A DNA stretch of 64,000 nt, filler included, from Malassezia furfur (GCA_052055015.1; 3 parts of 3 records of this genome joined end to end with filler, not necessarily neighbours in it), one strand, 5' to 3'; positions 1 through 12,498 are shown, counted from the whole stretch's first letter. The notes: generated from the letters alone by a model not told the origin. Translations and numbers: made by a program.

Positions 1-188
1 AACGTACCAGGCGAGAGCGAATTGGTGAGCAGTTCACCGACATTCATCTTGTCGTGGCCAGAGGAACACTTGCGCCCGTTGCACGCCCGCGCAGCGAAAA
101 GTGTTTGTTGGGCATTTTGCAATTATTTGCCACGCGGCTGCCGCAGCGCCGGGTGGCGGCCGCCGGCGGGCCGCGGGGGGGAGGGGGA

Positions 189-3100
189 CTACCTGCGCTT
201 GCTACGGGTGCCCGTGGGCCGCGGCGATGCGGTGCGTGGCGACGCGGCACGCGTCTCGGACGCACTGCGCTTCTTGCTCTTCGTCTTGGCCGCATTGGCC
301 GCCGCACGCGACGCGTCCAACTCCTCCTCCTCCTTGACGACGAGCAGCAGCAGCGTGTTGCACCGGCGCGCAAGCTCCTGCGGCGTGCGCGACTTGATGA
401 ACCAGTTGAAACGGAATTCTGGATTGTACAGCACGTCGTGCCGGATCCGCTCGTAGACGTCGTCCCCACTCAGGCCGTAGTCGGCGAGGCGCACGAGCAG
501 GAAGCGGTCCTCGTCCTCCGAGTATGCCTTGCCCTTGGCCTGGTTGTAGGTCAGCTTGATCTGGTGCAGCGGCTCGGTGTAGGAGTGGATCTTGCGGCGA
601 AGCAGCCGCTCGTTGTGCTGCAGCTTCTGGCGCTTCGTCTCGCCCTCCTCAACGCGCTGCACAATGCGGTCGCCGTCGTGCAACTCGTGGACGTGCGCCC
701 AAAACACCTGCGAGTAGGCGCGCACGTCCTCCTCCGACTTTTCGCCGAGCCCAATCTCCTCGGCAATCGCGGCGTACGCATCGCGCCCGTGCTTCTCGGC
801 GCCCTTGACAAACTGCTGGAAGTCGCGGCGGTTCCAGTCGCTGAAGCCTTGCGTGGCGAGGCGCTCCTTTTCCTCCTGCTCGGCCTCGGTCAGCGGCTCG
901 GCCTCGTCGATGCGCTTCTGCTCCGCGGCGCGCTGCGCCTCGGCGGCGGCCTCGTCGCCGTCCTTGGCCTCGGGCTTGGGCACCTGGTACCCAATGCTCC
1001 GCTGGTACGCCGCCGTCTCGCGCTCCTGCAGCTCAACGAGGCGCGGCGGGTAAAACTGCCACTCGGCGGTGGTGACCTGCTTGGGCGCGCGCGGCGCCTT
1101 GGGCGCGGCGGGCTTGGCAGTGGTGCGCATCGCATCGCGGTAGTAGCTGTCGATCGAGTAGTTCTGCTTGCGCTCACGCTTGCTCGGCTCGATCCAAATG
1201 CCGGTGCCCGCCTTGCGCTTGTTGCCGAACTGCTCGCCCTCAAACTCGTACGCGGTGCCCGACTCGCCCTTGAAGTTGGTCAGCTCGTCGAGACTGGTAA
1301 ACTGCTGGTACTTGCGCTGCAGCTCCGCCGTACGCTCCTCGCCGCGCGCAATGATCTCGTCAATGTCGTCTTGCACCTCCATCGACTCCTTGGCATTGAT
1401 GATGCGCTCCGCACCATGCTGGATCATGTCGACCAAGTCGTCTTTCATCTGCCCGGCGCCCTTGGCCTGGCTCTGGGTGCGGCCCTGCTGGATGACGAGC
1501 TGGTCGAGCCGCAGCTTTTGCGCGGCTCGCTCCAGAATCCGCTCCTCGATCGCGTTTTCCGTGACGAAGCGGAAGACGTACACCTGCTTCTTCTGTCCAA
1601 TGCGGTGCGCGCGGTCCATCGCCTGCAAATCCGCCTGCGGATTCCAGTCGGAGTCAAACAGGATCACCACATCGGCACTCGTCAGGTTGATGCCCAGGCC
1701 ACCGGCGCGCGTCGTCAGCAAAAAGACAAACTTGTCGCTGCCGGGGCGATTGTACTCGTCGATCGCCGCAATACGGTCCTCGTGCATTGAGCTGCCATCG
1801 ATGCGGCAGTAGGGGTACTCGCGGAACAGGCAGTAATCCTCGAGGATGTCGAGCATGCGGCTCATCTGCGAGAAGATGAGCACACGCGAGCCGCGCTCCT
1901 TCATCTTGCGCAGCAGCTTGTCGAGGATCACCATCTTTCCCGCATTGTCCACCAGGTGCTCGTCGGTGGTGAATGGCGGGCCGGGCTCGGCACCGTCAAA
2001 CAGGTACGGATGGTTGCAGCACTTGCGCAGCTGCATCACAATGTTGAGCAGCCGCGTCTTGCCCTCCTTCTTCGAGATCGCCCCGTTGACCGCATCAATG
2101 TCCTTCTCAAGCAGCGACTTGTACCACTTGCGCTGCATGTCGGACAATCCGACAAACACGTTGATTTCCTTCTTGGGCAGCAGGCTGTGCTCCACGTCTG
2201 CCTTGACACGGCGCAGCAAGAAGGGGCGCAGCACCTTGTGCAGCTGCTGCACGACGCTCTCCTGCGCCTCTCCACCGTCGTCCTTGCCTTGGAACCACGC
2301 CTGGAAGTCATCCGCGCTGGAAAACACATCGGGCAGCAAAAAGTTGAGCAGGCTCCACAGCTCCATTAGGTTGTTCTGCAGCGGCGTGCCTGTGATCAAC
2401 AAGCGGCTGCGCGAGTTGAACGCACGCACAATCTGCGACAGCATCGAGTCGGCATTCTTGATGCGGTGCGCCTCATCAATCACAATGTACTCCCACGACA
2501 GGCGCTTCAGCGACGACTTTTCCCGCAGGCACATCTCATACGTCGTCACCAGCACGTCAAAGTCTTGCGGCAGCAGCCGCTCCTGGATCACCTCTTGCCG
2601 CTCCTCCTTGCTGCCACGCAACGTGATGATTCGGAACCCGGGCACCCAGTGGTGGAATTCGCGCACCCAATTGTCCAGCGTCGACTTGGGCACCACGACC
2701 AGGTGCGGGCCCGAGGTGTTCCGGTAGTACTTAAGGTAGCCCAGGAACGAGATCGTCTGCAGCGTCTTACCAAGACCCATCTCGTCCGCCAGGATACCGT
2801 TGATCCCATTGTGGTAGAGCGAAATGAGCCAGTTCAGGCCCTGGATCTGGTACTCCTTCATCGTGCCGCCTTTGACGTAGGCAGGCGATTCGTTGAACAC
2901 AAACGCATCCTCCTCATCCTCCTCCTCATTGTGCAGCAGCTCCTCGTCCTCCTCGCGCTCCGTCATGCGTCGCCGCCCGTCGCTCGAGCCACCGCTCCGC
3001 TTGTTGCCACCCCGCCCGGTGCGACGCTTCGCAGACTCATCGACCAGCCGCGCAAACTCGGGGTCGCGGTCCTTCTTGATATCGATAAAGTGCTGGAACA

Positions 3101-3308
3101 GCTCAGTCTGGCCCAGCAGGTAGCTAAACCGCTTTAGACTGTCGACCGTTTTTTGCTTGTTCATCTGCGCACGGCTGTTATCCAGTCCCTCATTCTGCGC
3201 GGCACGGCGTTCGGCCCGTGTATCGGCCACATGCACCTGTTCTTGCTCATCCTCACTCATTGATTCCGCACTCGGCGGCGTGGGCGATCGCTTTGACTCC
3301 CCGTCCAT
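189..3308 (-). CDS. ISWI-family chromatin-remodelling ATPase (SNF2 helicase + HAND-SANT-SLIDE)
   Basis: Intronless ORF with ADEMGLGKT, DEAH and STRAGGLGINL-type helicase motifs and a C-terminal SLIDE region (YSEDEDRFLL...FNWFIKSRT). Start placed at ATG 3308 (MDGESK); the in-frame extension to 3473 looks non-coding. ISW1 vs ISW2 not resolved. Confidence 0.95.
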   Translation of the reverse strand: MDGESKRSPTPPSAESMSEDEQEQVHVADTRAERRAAQNEGLDNSRAQMNKQKTVDSLKRFSYLLGQTELFQHFIDIKKDRDPEFARLVDESAKRRTGRGGNKRSGGSSDGRRRMTEREEDEELLHNEEEDEEDAFVFNESPAYVKGGTMKEYQIQGLNWLISLYHNGINGILADEMGLGKTLQTISFLGYLKYYRNTSGPHLVVVPKSTLDNWVREFHHWVPGFRIITLRGSKEERQEVIQERLLPQDFDVLVTTYEMCLREKSSLKRLSWEYIVIDEAHRIKNADSMLSQIVRAFNSRSRLLITGTPLQNNLMELWSLLNFLLPDVFSSADDFQAWFQGKDDGGEAQESVVQQLHKVLRPFLLRRVKADVEHSLLPKKEINVFVGLSDMQRKWYKSLLEKDIDAVNGAISKKEGKTRLLNIVMQLRKCCNHPYLFDGAEPGPPFTTDEHLVDNAGKMVILDKLLRKMKERGSRVLIFSQMSRMLDILEDYCLFREYPYCRIDGSSMHEDRIAAIDEYNRPGSDKFVFLLTTRAGGLGINLTSADVVILFDSDWNPQADLQAMDRAHRIGQKKQVYVFRFVTENAIEERILERAAQKLRLDQLVIQQGRTQSQAKGAGQMKDDLVDMIQHGAERIINAKESMEVQDDIDEIIARGEERTAELQRKYQQFTSLDELTNFKGESGTAYEFEGEQFGNKRKAGTGIWIEPSKRERKQNYSIDSYYRDAMRTTAKPAAPKAPRAPKQVTTAEWQFYPPRLVELQERETAAYQRSIGYQVPKPEAKDGDEAAAEAQRAAEQKRIDEAEPLTEAEQEEKERLATQGFSDWNRRDFQQFVKGAEKHGRDAYAAIAEEIGLGEKSEEDVRAYSQVFWAHVHELHDGDRIVQRVEEGETKRQKLQHNERLLRRKIHSYTEPLHQIKLTYNQAKGKAYSEDEDRFLLVRLADYGLSGDDVYERIRHDVLYNPEFRFNWFIKSRTPQELARRCNTLLLLVVKEEEELDASRAAANAAKTKSKKRSASETRAASPRTASPRPTGTRSKRR

Positions 3309-3491
3309 CGCCGAATCGCACAAGAGCAAGCCCGCGAAGCAAAGCGACGCGCCGGACCCTACGCGTTCAAAAAGATTTGCAAAATTGCCCCGGCCTCCGC
3401 CGCGGCATTCGGCACGCAGCGCCGCCGGCATGCGGCGCAGGCCGACGCGGAAGTGCATCGAGGAAGCACTCACTAGCTTCTATGGATTGAA

Positions 3492-3999
3492 TTACCGCAG
3501 CGACGCGCCCTGCCCGAGGTAGTGCGTGTTCTCGTCGCCGTACTTGCGGTGCAGAATGCCGATTTTGGGCTGCGCATCCGGCGCGTGCGGCGCGAGCGAG
3601 CTCAGCGCATCCAGCACCGCCGTGCGGGTGTCGTCCGACACGTACGAGGGGTCCGCGTCCGTCTTGTCGGTCGTCGACAGAGGGTTGGCGTCACGCACCA
3701 TGTGCATCGCACTCACGAGATGGTGCTGTCGGTTAGTATGCGCAAAAACTTACATTCCAGCGGCCCTTCACCTCTTCCCAGAACGTCGGGCCTGTCGGCT
3801 GGTATGCCGAGGCGAACGACGGCGTCCGCCGCGCGCCGGTCTCCTTGTCGAATTCGCTCACGCGGTCAAATGCGTCGATATCGCGGTCCATCTTGGCGAC
3901 CATGAACTGTGTCTGGTCCTTGAATGCAGCATTGGCCGCATACAGCAGCAGGCCAGCGGTGCCCACGCCGAGCACAGTAGGGATCGCCGAGTAGGGCAT
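3492..3999 (-). CDS. Small protein with N-terminal TM segment, possibly MICOS subunit Mic12-like; 2 exons
   Basis: MPYSAIPTVLGVGTAGLLLY...EEVKGRWN joined to HHLVSAMH... by a 28-nt intron at 3726-3753 (GTAAG...CTAAC CGACAG). The N-terminal TM plus KxxWN pattern recalls Mic12/Aim5 (inference). Confidence 0.5.
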
Positions 4000-4111
4000 C
4001 AAGTGCCGAGAGGGTCAAGGGGGGGGAGAGACGAAACCGGTCCGGTGGAGGTGACCCCCCTAGGGCACGGCCCTGCTGCCGCCAACAATCCCCGCGTCGT
4101 GCGCCTTCAGC

Positions 4112-5341
4112 ATGTCGGGCACGCTGTGTCTGCGCCCGCTGGTGGTGCGGTTCACGGATGCCCACTCGGACGATGCACATCTGGACCTCGTGTATGAACG
4201 CGAGGGACACAATTGGCAGTCGCTGTACCAAGAAACGGTGCGCGACCTGAAAAACACGCTACGTGCGCACGATCCACAGCGCCAGGGCCGGAGGCTCCGT
4301 CTGATCCATTTCGGGCGCGTCCTGCCTAACAACCTGGCGCTGGCACCCTACCTAGACACTCTCGCCCAAACGAAGGCGACTGACACCGAGGAGGCGACAT
4401 GGGAACACGTTCTGCTCCAAAAGGAGGACCGCGACGCATCGCACTATACCCTGCAGCGCGTCCAAGCGCCGACGCTGAACAGCAAGCAATGGGGCAAGCA
4501 GCGTGCGGATGCAGTGCACGATGAATCTGCGCTGCTGTTCCAGCACGCGTTCGCGACCGACGTGCTGCGCCTCTCGACGGTGTACCTGCAGTGCTCTGTG
4601 GGGGCCGTCGGCGACGATGACGGCACCGATGACGCGGACCACACTGCGGCGCCCACGCGCACGTCAGAGCCGCGCGGATTTGACCGCCTTCAGTACACAG
4701 CAGGCATGTCGGCACTCGATGTACAGGTGATGCGCGAGCACTTCCACCAGCGCTCGGGTTTGTCACTCGCACGCAGTGGCGATTTGATTCGGCGCCAGGA
4801 GGAGGAGGAGCTGGCGTACACGCTCGAGGAGCAATGGATCGACAACATGGACGAAACGCCTGAGGCATTGATGCAGAGCCGGCACGCGTCGGCACAGAGC
4901 TCGTTGCTGCAAGGCTTGTTGCTCGGCTTCTTTTATCCGATCTTGCCGCTCTTTTACGCGTACGAGATCCAGCCGATTCGCTGGCCACGCGCGCCATCCC
5001 CACAGGAGGAGCAGCAGACTGAGCAGCTGTGGAGCGTAGCACGCGTCCTCTCCGACTTTCGCAACCGGCCGACGCCGGGTCCTGCGACCGAAAACGACGC
5101 GCAGTTGCGCGAAGAGGCGCAGCAGACAGCGAACCTGTTGACCGCGCTGCTGACGGCGCGGCAGGCGCAGCCGCTTCCCGACGAGGAAGAGGAAGAAAAC
5201 GACGAAGAGGTGCCTGACGCGCACGCACGGCGTCTCGCTCGGCGCGACGAGCTGGTGGTGTTCTCGGCCCATACCCATTTTGCGGTGATGGTCGGTCTGG
5301 CGATCAATGCCGTGCTGGGGATGCTACGTATGCTCTTGTGA
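4112..5341 (+). CDS. DSC3: Dsc E3 ubiquitin ligase complex subunit 3 (UBL + DUF2407 C-terminal)
   Basis: UBL-like LRLIHFGRVL, then PRGFDRL..AGMS, EEQWID, LLxGLLLGFFYP and a C-terminal TM segment, all typical of Dsc3. Confidence 0.8.
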   Translation: MSGTLCLRPLVVRFTDAHSDDAHLDLVYEREGHNWQSLYQETVRDLKNTLRAHDPQRQGRRLRLIHFGRVLPNNLALAPYLDTLAQTKATDTEEATWEHVLLQKEDRDASHYTLQRVQAPTLNSKQWGKQRADAVHDESALLFQHAFATDVLRLSTVYLQCSVGAVGDDDGTDDADHTAAPTRTSEPRGFDRLQYTAGMSALDVQVMREHFHQRSGLSLARSGDLIRRQEEEELAYTLEEQWIDNMDETPEALMQSRHASAQSSLLQGLLLGFFYPILPLFYAYEIQPIRWPRAPSPQEEQQTEQLWSVARVLSDFRNRPTPGPATENDAQLREEAQQTANLLTALLTARQAQPLPDEEEEENDEEVPDAHARRLARRDELVVFSAHTHFAVMVGLAINAVLGMLRMLL

Positions 5342-7877
5342 TGTAGATATGTACGAAGGGGGAGCGAGCACCTGATCATCTTTTGCATCGGCATTGTCAT
5401 CGTCGTCGAGCTCGTCATCGTCCAGCGCAAAGGCGTTGTACAGGTCGCGTGTCTGGACGTCGGTGGGCATCGTACCAAGCCGGATTTCGTTTTCGTCGCT
5501 CGGGAGGTATTCGTAGCGCCGCATCGTGCGCAGCCGCCGGTAGAAGAAGAGCAGCAGGCCTACGCCCACCGCCAGTGCCACGCCTGCCGCCACCGCCAGC
5601 CACGTCGAGTGCCGTGTAACGCCTGCGAGATAGCCCGTGTCCGCTTCGGGCGTCTGCACATGGCTTCCGAACGACTGGTGTGTCTCGCCCAGGCGCGTGT
5701 GGTGGTCGTCAGGGAGCGCGTGAGTGGGCTTGTTGAGCGTGAGCGTGTTGGTCGGCGTCACCTCGGGGTGGTGCAGTACAGTGCTGCTCGGTGCACCCGA
5801 GAGCGTCAGGCTATGCTCTTCGGAGCCCTCGGGGAAGTCCCATGGCTTGGCCTTGCTGGCGTCGCGCGCAGCACCCCAAAGCGTGAGCGACCACCCCGTA
5901 AAATTGGCCGGCAGCCGGTTCTCGCGCCGGGCATCTGCGTGGTCCGACACCTGGAGGCGCCAGGTGCCGAGCATGTCCTCGCCCCAGTGCTTGAGCGACA
6001 TGAATGTCCACCCGGGGAACCCATCGCCGTCCGAGTCGTAGCGCCGCGGGCTCGCCAGCACGCTGCGTGTGCCGTGGGGCGAGAAAAGCTCGACTTGCAC
6101 GTCGCCGCGCCGATCGTGCTCGATCCAGACGGTGGCGGTGACGTGCTCAAGCGACATGAGGTTCGCCTGCTCCAGCATCGCGGGCGTCACCTCGATCGGC
6201 ACCGAGCTTGTCTGGTTCAACTCGAGGCGCGGCGTGCTGGTGTTATGCCGCGGCGACTCGAGCCACGCCTGCGGCGGCACCAGCTTATGTGCGAGTGAGA
6301 CGGCGAGCAGGCGCGTCGCCTGTATCATGCCGTATCCGTACTTGTGCGAGAATTTGCGCCCGACGCCGTTCGTCTCCCAGTCGGGGTCCTCGGCATTGAT
6401 CGGCTGCGCGGCAGCAATCAGGACGTGCTGTACGTCGCGCCACGTCAGCTCGGGGCGCAGCTCCAGTACAAGCGCAAGCATCCCTGCAACGAGCGGCGCC
6501 GCAGCGCTCGTTCCACCGTGCAGCGATGTGCACTGCGGTGCACCTCCGCGTGAAATATCGGTTGTGGTGATCGCCTGGCCGGCGCCTGAGCTGTAGCTTG
6601 ACGCGATGATCGCGCTGCACATCTCCGAGTAGTACGGGTGGTGACCGAGGTGGTCTACTGCGGCAATGGTCACGGTGTAGATCGAGTTAGTGTAGCCGTC
6701 AAAGTTGCACTGGTCGTCGCTCGCACCGCCGTTGCCGCCGGCAAACACATAGATGCTCCCGTTACCGTTGCGTCCGTTGTAGATTCCGTTTAGCAGCGCC
6801 TTGGCCACCAGGCCCTTGGGCGCATCCATGCTTTTGCCATTGTCTGGCGGCCCCCAACTGCAGCTGTAGATTGCGTTGGTGTCGTAGGCAAAGTTGAGCG
6901 CCGCAGCCTCGTCCGCGTCGGTGATGGCGCCGCTCAGGATGCGCACCGCTGAGACATGTGCGTCGGGTGCGACGCCAATGCCACACATGTCGTTACGCAC
7001 TGCCGCAATTTCGCCCGCACACCGCGTGCCATGCTGGTCGTCCGACAGACGCGGCTCAGGCAGCGGCGTGTGATCGTTGAAATCATACGAGCCTTTCTCG
7101 TCCTGATGTTAGCAACACACGTACAAAGTTGGCCTTGATGTCCGGGTGTGTAAAGTCGAGGCCGTCATCGAGCAGCGACACTGTTACGCCGCGCCCCGTC
7201 GCATTGCGCCAGATTTGCCCTAGCCCAAGGTCGTGCCCGGGATCCTCGACGTTGGCAAGGTGCCACTGCTGGAAAAAAAGCGGATCATGGATCTCAAATG
7301 CGTCGCGCAGCTTGGCGCTGACATTGAGCGGCACCGGTGCACGCACGGCATGGGCGCCGCTTGCCGGGCGCATCCAGGCCTCGGTCGCCGGCACGGGCGC
7401 ACGCAGCTCGGGGTACTCATCGCGCATGGTCGCCGGATCGTAGATGACGTCGCGCTTGTGCCGCTGACGGGGCACTTGGCGCTCGACGTCGCGCAGGGCG
7501 TCGGCGATGCATGCCTCCGACACGCACGACGCACCGGTGCAGCGCTTCGTGTGCGGCGTCGTGCGGCGGCGTAGGGCCGCGTACCGCGTCAGCACGGGGT
7601 CTTGCGCCTCCGGGACTTCGGAATACACAGACCTCCGCGCAAGCGCATCGCCCTTTTCGTGCTTGAGAAGCCAGTGGTGCGGCAGGGCCCCCACCTGCTC
7701 CACGAATTCGGCGTCGAGCGCCGCGGCGACGTGCTCCGGCGTGACGTCCGCACATGCGCCGCGCGGTACAATCTCAGCCGCATAGTAATGGTGCGTGTCG
7801 TAGGTGCGCTTCTGTGGATGCGCACCCACTACCACGCCCAGCGCTCCCGCGGCGAGCGCGAGCCAACACCGAAGCAT
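5324..7877 (-). CDS. KEX2: Kexin-like subtilisin proprotein convertase
   Basis: Signal peptide, propeptide with KR site, catalytic DDG / HGTRCAGE / GGTSAAAP, P-domain and TM. A 22-nt intron at 7103-7124 (GTACGT GTGTTG CTAAC ATCAG) joins ...IKANF to DEKGSYDF. Confidence 0.95.
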
Positions 7878-7914
7878 GTTGGTCGGACGTGAGCGATCAC
7901 GTGCTACAATCTTC

Positions 7915-9597
7915 CTACTCCTGCGCGGCGGTGCGGCGGGTCACCTTGGTGGCCTGCTGCACGCCGGTCGACTTGCCCTCGGTCGCGTCGACCGCAGCGG
8001 CAGTGGCCGGCTTGTCCTGCTTCTTGGACGGGGCAACGGGGCGCGGCGCACCGCGACGGCCGAGCATCGAGCTCACCACACCAACGAGACCCAGCACCGT
8101 AGCGACCACTGCGGCCCAGAACGAAACAATCACGTACGACTGGCGCAGCACACGCAGCTTGTCGGGCTCGTAGCGCAGGCGGTCGACCATCACCTCCGTC
8201 TTGCGACGCACCTGGAACACGAAGCGCTCAAAGATGTTGGGCAGCGACCGGTGACCCGTCTCGTACTCGATGTCGTTCAGCAGGTCCGCCGACTCCTCCT
8301 CCTTCTCCAGCGGGAGCTTCACGCCGAACGTCTCACGCGCAAACTCGCGCGCCTCCTCGGGGTCATTGCCGATGTAGATGTTGTCGAACAGGATGTCGCT
8401 GTCCATCGACCACAGCTCGAAGCCCAGGCCGCCGACCGGCGCAAACCGGTTGGGGTGCTCGTCCACAAAGTAGTTCTTGTTCGGGATCTTGCGCGGCGCC
8501 CACTCGCCCTTGTACTTGGGGTTCGGGATCATCGGCGGCGTCCACTTGCCCTTGAAGTCCGGGTTCGACACCAGCGGCGGCGTCCACTCACCACAGCCGG
8601 CAGCGTCCAGGCAACGGGGGTTGGTCACCATCGGCGCCGTCCACTCGCCATCCTCCTCATCATCCCACTCCTCGGGCTTCTCCGCAGCGGGGTCAGGGAT
8701 CGTCAATGGCTGGTCCTCGTACCAGTCACTCGGCTTCTTGGCATTGGGATCAGGGATCATCGCCGGCGCATCCTCGTCCCAGTCCTTAGGCTTCTTCGCC
8801 TTAGGATCAGGGATCTCGGGCTCGTCGACCCAGTCGGCGGGCTTGAAGTCGTTCGGATCATCGATCATCTTGGGCGGGTTCACCGGTGGCTCGAACGAGT
8901 CGAACAGCGTGCCGTTCATGCTCTGCTCCTCGTTCACCGAGATCGAGAAGGTGTTGTCGGGGTTCACCTGCAGCGTGTACAGCGTCGTCGTCTTCGACAC
9001 ACGCGGGTTCGGCGGGTGTGCCAGCTGCTTCTCCTCGAACTCGCCTGTGATCGGGTTCTTGTGATGAAAGATGAAATGCAACTTGTTCGTCGCACCGCAA
9101 CGGTCCGGGCCAAACATGATCGTGTAGGGCGTCTTGTCCGAGAACTCCTCGGCGTTGATGTCACCCTCACCGGCGCGCAGCAGCTTGATGTATGCACCAC
9201 CGCAAGACAGCCCGTTCTGCATCTTTACTTCGTACTGCAGTACGAACGGCTTCGTCCCATCAAAGGTGATGGGCTTGTCCAGCTTGGTGCTGATCGCGTG
9301 CTGCTTCGCCTTGCTCTTGAGCACAAGGCCTTTGTCGCCCTTGATACCAGGGAACACAAGCGGCTCCTCCACGCGCCACTCGCCCTCGTACTTGAACTCC
9401 TCCTCACCACGCTGCAGCTTGCTCGAACGGGAGGGGGACCAACGCTTCTCCCAGCCCGGGCTAAACTGTTCCACGAACAAGCCCTTGATGGTGCTCGGCT
9501 CGAACGACACCTGCCGCTTCGCAGCGACCGGCGCGGGCGCGCCCGTCAGCACCATCAGGGCAACAGCACTCGCAGTCACGCCTTGGATTGACTTCAT
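7915..9597 (-). CDS. CNE1: Calnexin
   Basis: Signal peptide from ATG 9597 (MKSIQG), [25 protein letters not shown]-domain repeats (IPDPxAxKPxDWDE; GEWxPPxIxNP) and a C-terminal TM. Confidence 0.95.
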   Translation of the reverse strand: MKSIQGVTASAVALMVLTGAPAPVAAKRQVSFEPSTIKGLFVEQFSPGWEKRWSPSRSSKLQRGEEEFKYEGEWRVEEPLVFPGIKGDKGLVLKSKAKQHAISTKLDKPITFDGTKPFVLQYEVKMQNGLSCGGAYIKLLRAGEGDINAEEFSDKTPYTIMFGPDRCGATNKLHFIFHHKNPITGEFEEKQLAHPPNPRVSKTTTLYTLQVNPDNTFSISVNEEQSMNGTLFDSFEPPVNPPKMIDDPNDFKPADWVDEPEIPDPKAKKPKDWDEDAPAMIPDPNAKKPSDWYEDQPLTIPDPAAEKPEEWDDEEDGEWTAPMVTNPRCLDAAGCGEWTPPLVSNPDFKGKWTPPMIPNPKYKGEWAPRKIPNKNYFVDEHPNRFAPVGGLGFELWSMDSDILFDNIYIGNDPEEAREFARETFGVKLPLEKEEESADLLNDIEYETGHRSLPNIFERFVFQVRRKTEVMVDRLRYEPDKLRVLRQSYVIVSFWAAVVATVLGLVGVVSSMLGRRGAPRPVAPSKKQDKPATAAAVDATEGKSTGVQQATKVTRRTAAQE

Positions 9598-9666
9598 CAC
9601 GTCTACTAGACAAGCTGTAAGCGAAGTCGGGGTTCCACGTGTTTGGCCTCCGAACGTTCGAGAGTG

Positions 9667-9677
9667 TGCCACGTGGC
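9667..9677. promoter_or_regulatory. Candidate UPR element (TGCCACGTGGC) upstream of calnexin
   Basis: Palindrome GCCACGTGGC at 9668-9677, about 70 bp upstream of the calnexin ATG, with a second CACGTG at 9636-9641. A CCACGT core is the Hac1/XBP1-type site, and calnexin is a classical UPR target. Confidence 0.45.
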
Positions 9678-9699
9678 TGTGCCTGCGCACTGCACGCGC

Positions 9700-11140
9700 T
9701 CAGGCCAGCAGCTTCTCCACCTGCTCGAGTACCGCACGGCGGCTCGTGCCGCCGATCGCGTTGCGACGCTCGACACTCTGCTCGGGGTCCCATACGTCCT
9801 TCACGTCCGCTTCAAATGCAGGGTGTAGCGTGCGGAAGTCGTCCAGCGTCAGGTCGGACAGCTCACATCCACGGTCCTCGGCGAGCTTGACGGCCGACCC
9901 TGAGATGTGGTGCGTCTCGCGGAAGGGAATCTGGAGGGGTGAACACGGAGACGTACGCCTTTGCGGACCAGGTAGTCGGCCAGGTCGGTTGCGAGCATAT
10001 CGGTCGTCAGCGCGGCGCGCATCTTGGTCGCGTTGATCTAGGGTCAGTTCGACGGCAGGGGCCACGTACCGACATGGTGCTCACAACACCCGTTAGGATC
10101 TTGATGCAGGCGAGCGCCGTATCGACAGAGTCAAACATGGGCTCCTTATCCTCCTGCAGGTCTTTGTTGTACGTAGACGGAATGCCTTTAAGGGACATCA
10201 TAAAGCCGGACAGGTTGCCAAACAGGCGTCCGCTCTTCCCACGCAGCAGCTCGAGACTGTCGGGGTTCTTCTTTTGCGGCATGATCGAAGAACCTGTGCT
10301 GTAGGCGTCGCTGAGCTGCACGAAACCAAACTCGGCGCTCGAGTAGATGATCAAGTCCTCGGCAATCTTGCTCGCGTGCACCGAGAAGAGCGAGCACCAC
10401 ATCAGTGTTTCAATCACAAAGTCACGGTCGGCCACACTGTGCATGCTGTTGGGTCCCACGGTCTGGAAGCCGAGGTCCTTGGCGAGTGCCGCACGGTCCA
10501 GGCCGGCGAACGGATTGCCGGCCAGCGGCCCCGCACCCAGCGGCAGCATCGACACACGCGCACGCAGCGCCCGCAGGCGCTCCACGTCATACGCAAAATA
10601 GGTCGCGTGCGACAGCAGCAGGTGCGACCAGCGGATCGGCTGCGCACGCTGCAGGTGCGTATAGCCTGGCATGAGCACGTCGACCTCCTCGCGAGCGCGC
10701 TTGGCCATGACATGAACGAGCTCGGTCGCGAGCGATTCCAGCTCGTCCAGCTCATCCAGCAGCCACAGGCGCATGTCCGTCGCGACCTGGTCGTTGCGGC
10801 TGCGACCCGTGTGCAGCTTGCCGGCGACAGGCCCAATCAGTTCCTTGAGCCGGCGCTCGTTCGCTGTGTGGATGTCCTCGTCCTCCGGCTGTACCTGGAA
10901 CGAGTTGTTTCGCCACTCCTCGCCGACCTTGGTGAGGCCATCACAGATCGTCTGTGCCTCTTCCGCGGTAAGCACCTTGCAGCCAACGAGGGCCTTGGCG
11001 TACGCTTGCGACCCGCGGATGTCCTGCGCCCACATGCGCTTGTCGTATGAGTGCGACTCATTGAACGCATGCATCACAGGGTCGGTCTCGCCCGTGAAGC
11101 GACCACCCCAGAGCTTCTTCTTCGTAAAGTCTTCACCCAT
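9700..11140 (-). CDS. ARG4: Argininosuccinate lyase
   Basis: [17 protein letters not shown] and [12 protein letters not shown] signatures. Introns at 10038-10069 (32 nt) and 9931-9956 (26 nt) restore the C-terminus ...[15 protein letters not shown]. Confidence 0.96.
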
Positions 11141-11206
11141 GATAATGCTCGATAACGTATGCGCTATGACTAGTCTGGGCGCGATTTTGGGAATGTGGAG
11201 GCCTGT

Positions 11207-12498
11207 CTACTGCGGAGCGCACTGGACATTTGGTTCTCCACCGGGGTTGTCGTACGTGTCCTCCTCCGGCGCACGCATCCGGTCGTTGGCGCCAAAGTCG
11301 GACAGATCTCCGGAGGCGACATGGACATCGTCGACCACAACATCCTCTTCCTCGGGCAGGTCTTCGCGTTTGGGCGGTAGAAGTTCGCGCAAAGCCTGAG
11401 TCAGTCATGTGCACGTACCGTTTCGTCCGCAGAGCGAGCCCACTCATTCGACGGGAATTCAATCTCGTACTTGAGATAGAGATCGCCGCGGCGGTCACGC
11501 ATACGCGGGTCATACATGCCCTCCCCACGCACAACGTCTACAGTGCCAGGCCGGACGACGTCGCCGCGCTGTTTAGTCACACGCAGACGGCGACCGTCCA
11601 GGTGCGTCAGGACGGTGCGCGAGAAGCCTTGCAGTGCCTCGAGCAGGTTGATGCGTACCGTCGCGCTCAGGTCGATGCCGCGCACTTCAAACGAGGCATG
11701 CGGCGTTTGCTTCAGCTCGAAAATCACCGACGCGGGTTTCGTGTCCGGCTGCGTAAGTAGCTTGCACGTACTAGCTGATCACCCTCGCCCTCAAACACGA
11801 TGTGCTGCCCATCGTACGCACCGCGCGGGATCTCGAGGCGCAGACGCGTCTTGACCGGCACCGTGCGGTTGCCCTTGCACTTTTTGCACGCCTCCTTCTC
11901 GCGGAACTTTTTGCCAGTGCCCTTGCACTCGCTGCACTGAGCCATGCTTTGCGCAATCATTCCGTTCCCAGCCTGCCGCTGCTCAAGCACGCGGCCTTTG
12001 CCGCCGCACGTCACACAGTCTTTCGGCTGCATGCCCGGCTTGCCACCCGTACCGTGACAATGCGAGCATACCACGTTCTTCTCAAGCGCAAAGTGTGCCG
12101 TCTTGCCATTGAACAGATCCTCGAGCGAGACCGTGTAGGGAATAATGGCATCTTGCGCACGGCGTGGCGGCGGAGGACCGCCAAAGCCAAAGGAGGGACC
12201 ACCGAACATTGACGCTGCGTGAGCACCAAAACATACCAAAGATGTCGTCCATGTCCGGGGCACCGCCGCGCGGGTCGCCCCCCTCGCCGTAGCGGTCGTA
12301 TGCGGCGCGCTCGTCGGGGTCCGAGAGCGTTTCGTAAGCCGCCGAGACCTCCTGGAAGCGCACCTGCGCGGTCTCATCGCCCGGGTTCTTGTCCGGGTGA
12401 TTTGCGAGCGACTGCTTCTTGTATGCCTTCTTAATATCGGCGTCCGTCGCGTCGGGCGCGACGCCCAGCACGTCGTACAACTTGGTATCCACCACCAT
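11207..12498 (-). CDS. Type I DnaJ/Hsp40 co-chaperone (Ydj1/Xdj1-like) with CaaX box
   Basis: J-domain with HPD, CxxCxGxG zinc repeats, and C-terminal CAPQ*. Introns at 12215-12236 (22 nt), 11749-11771 (23 nt) and 11396-11418 (23 nt). Confidence 0.92.

Noticed and set aside
54..1790. Long antisense or alternate-frame ORFs (e.g. 54-1790, 7804-9591, 35500-36903, 36940-39111)
   Set aside because: They are shadows of well-conserved genes on the opposite strand, expected with high GC3 codon bias, and contain no recognisable domains.
8560..8880. Repetitive sequence within calnexin
   Set aside because: These are the ordinary P-domain motif 1 and 2 repeats.
4112..9597. DSC3-KEX2-calnexin as a secretory-pathway cluster
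   Set aside because: Three adjacent ER/Golgi genes can occur by chance in a dense genome, and there is no shared-pathway evidence beyond CACGTG motifs that are common here.
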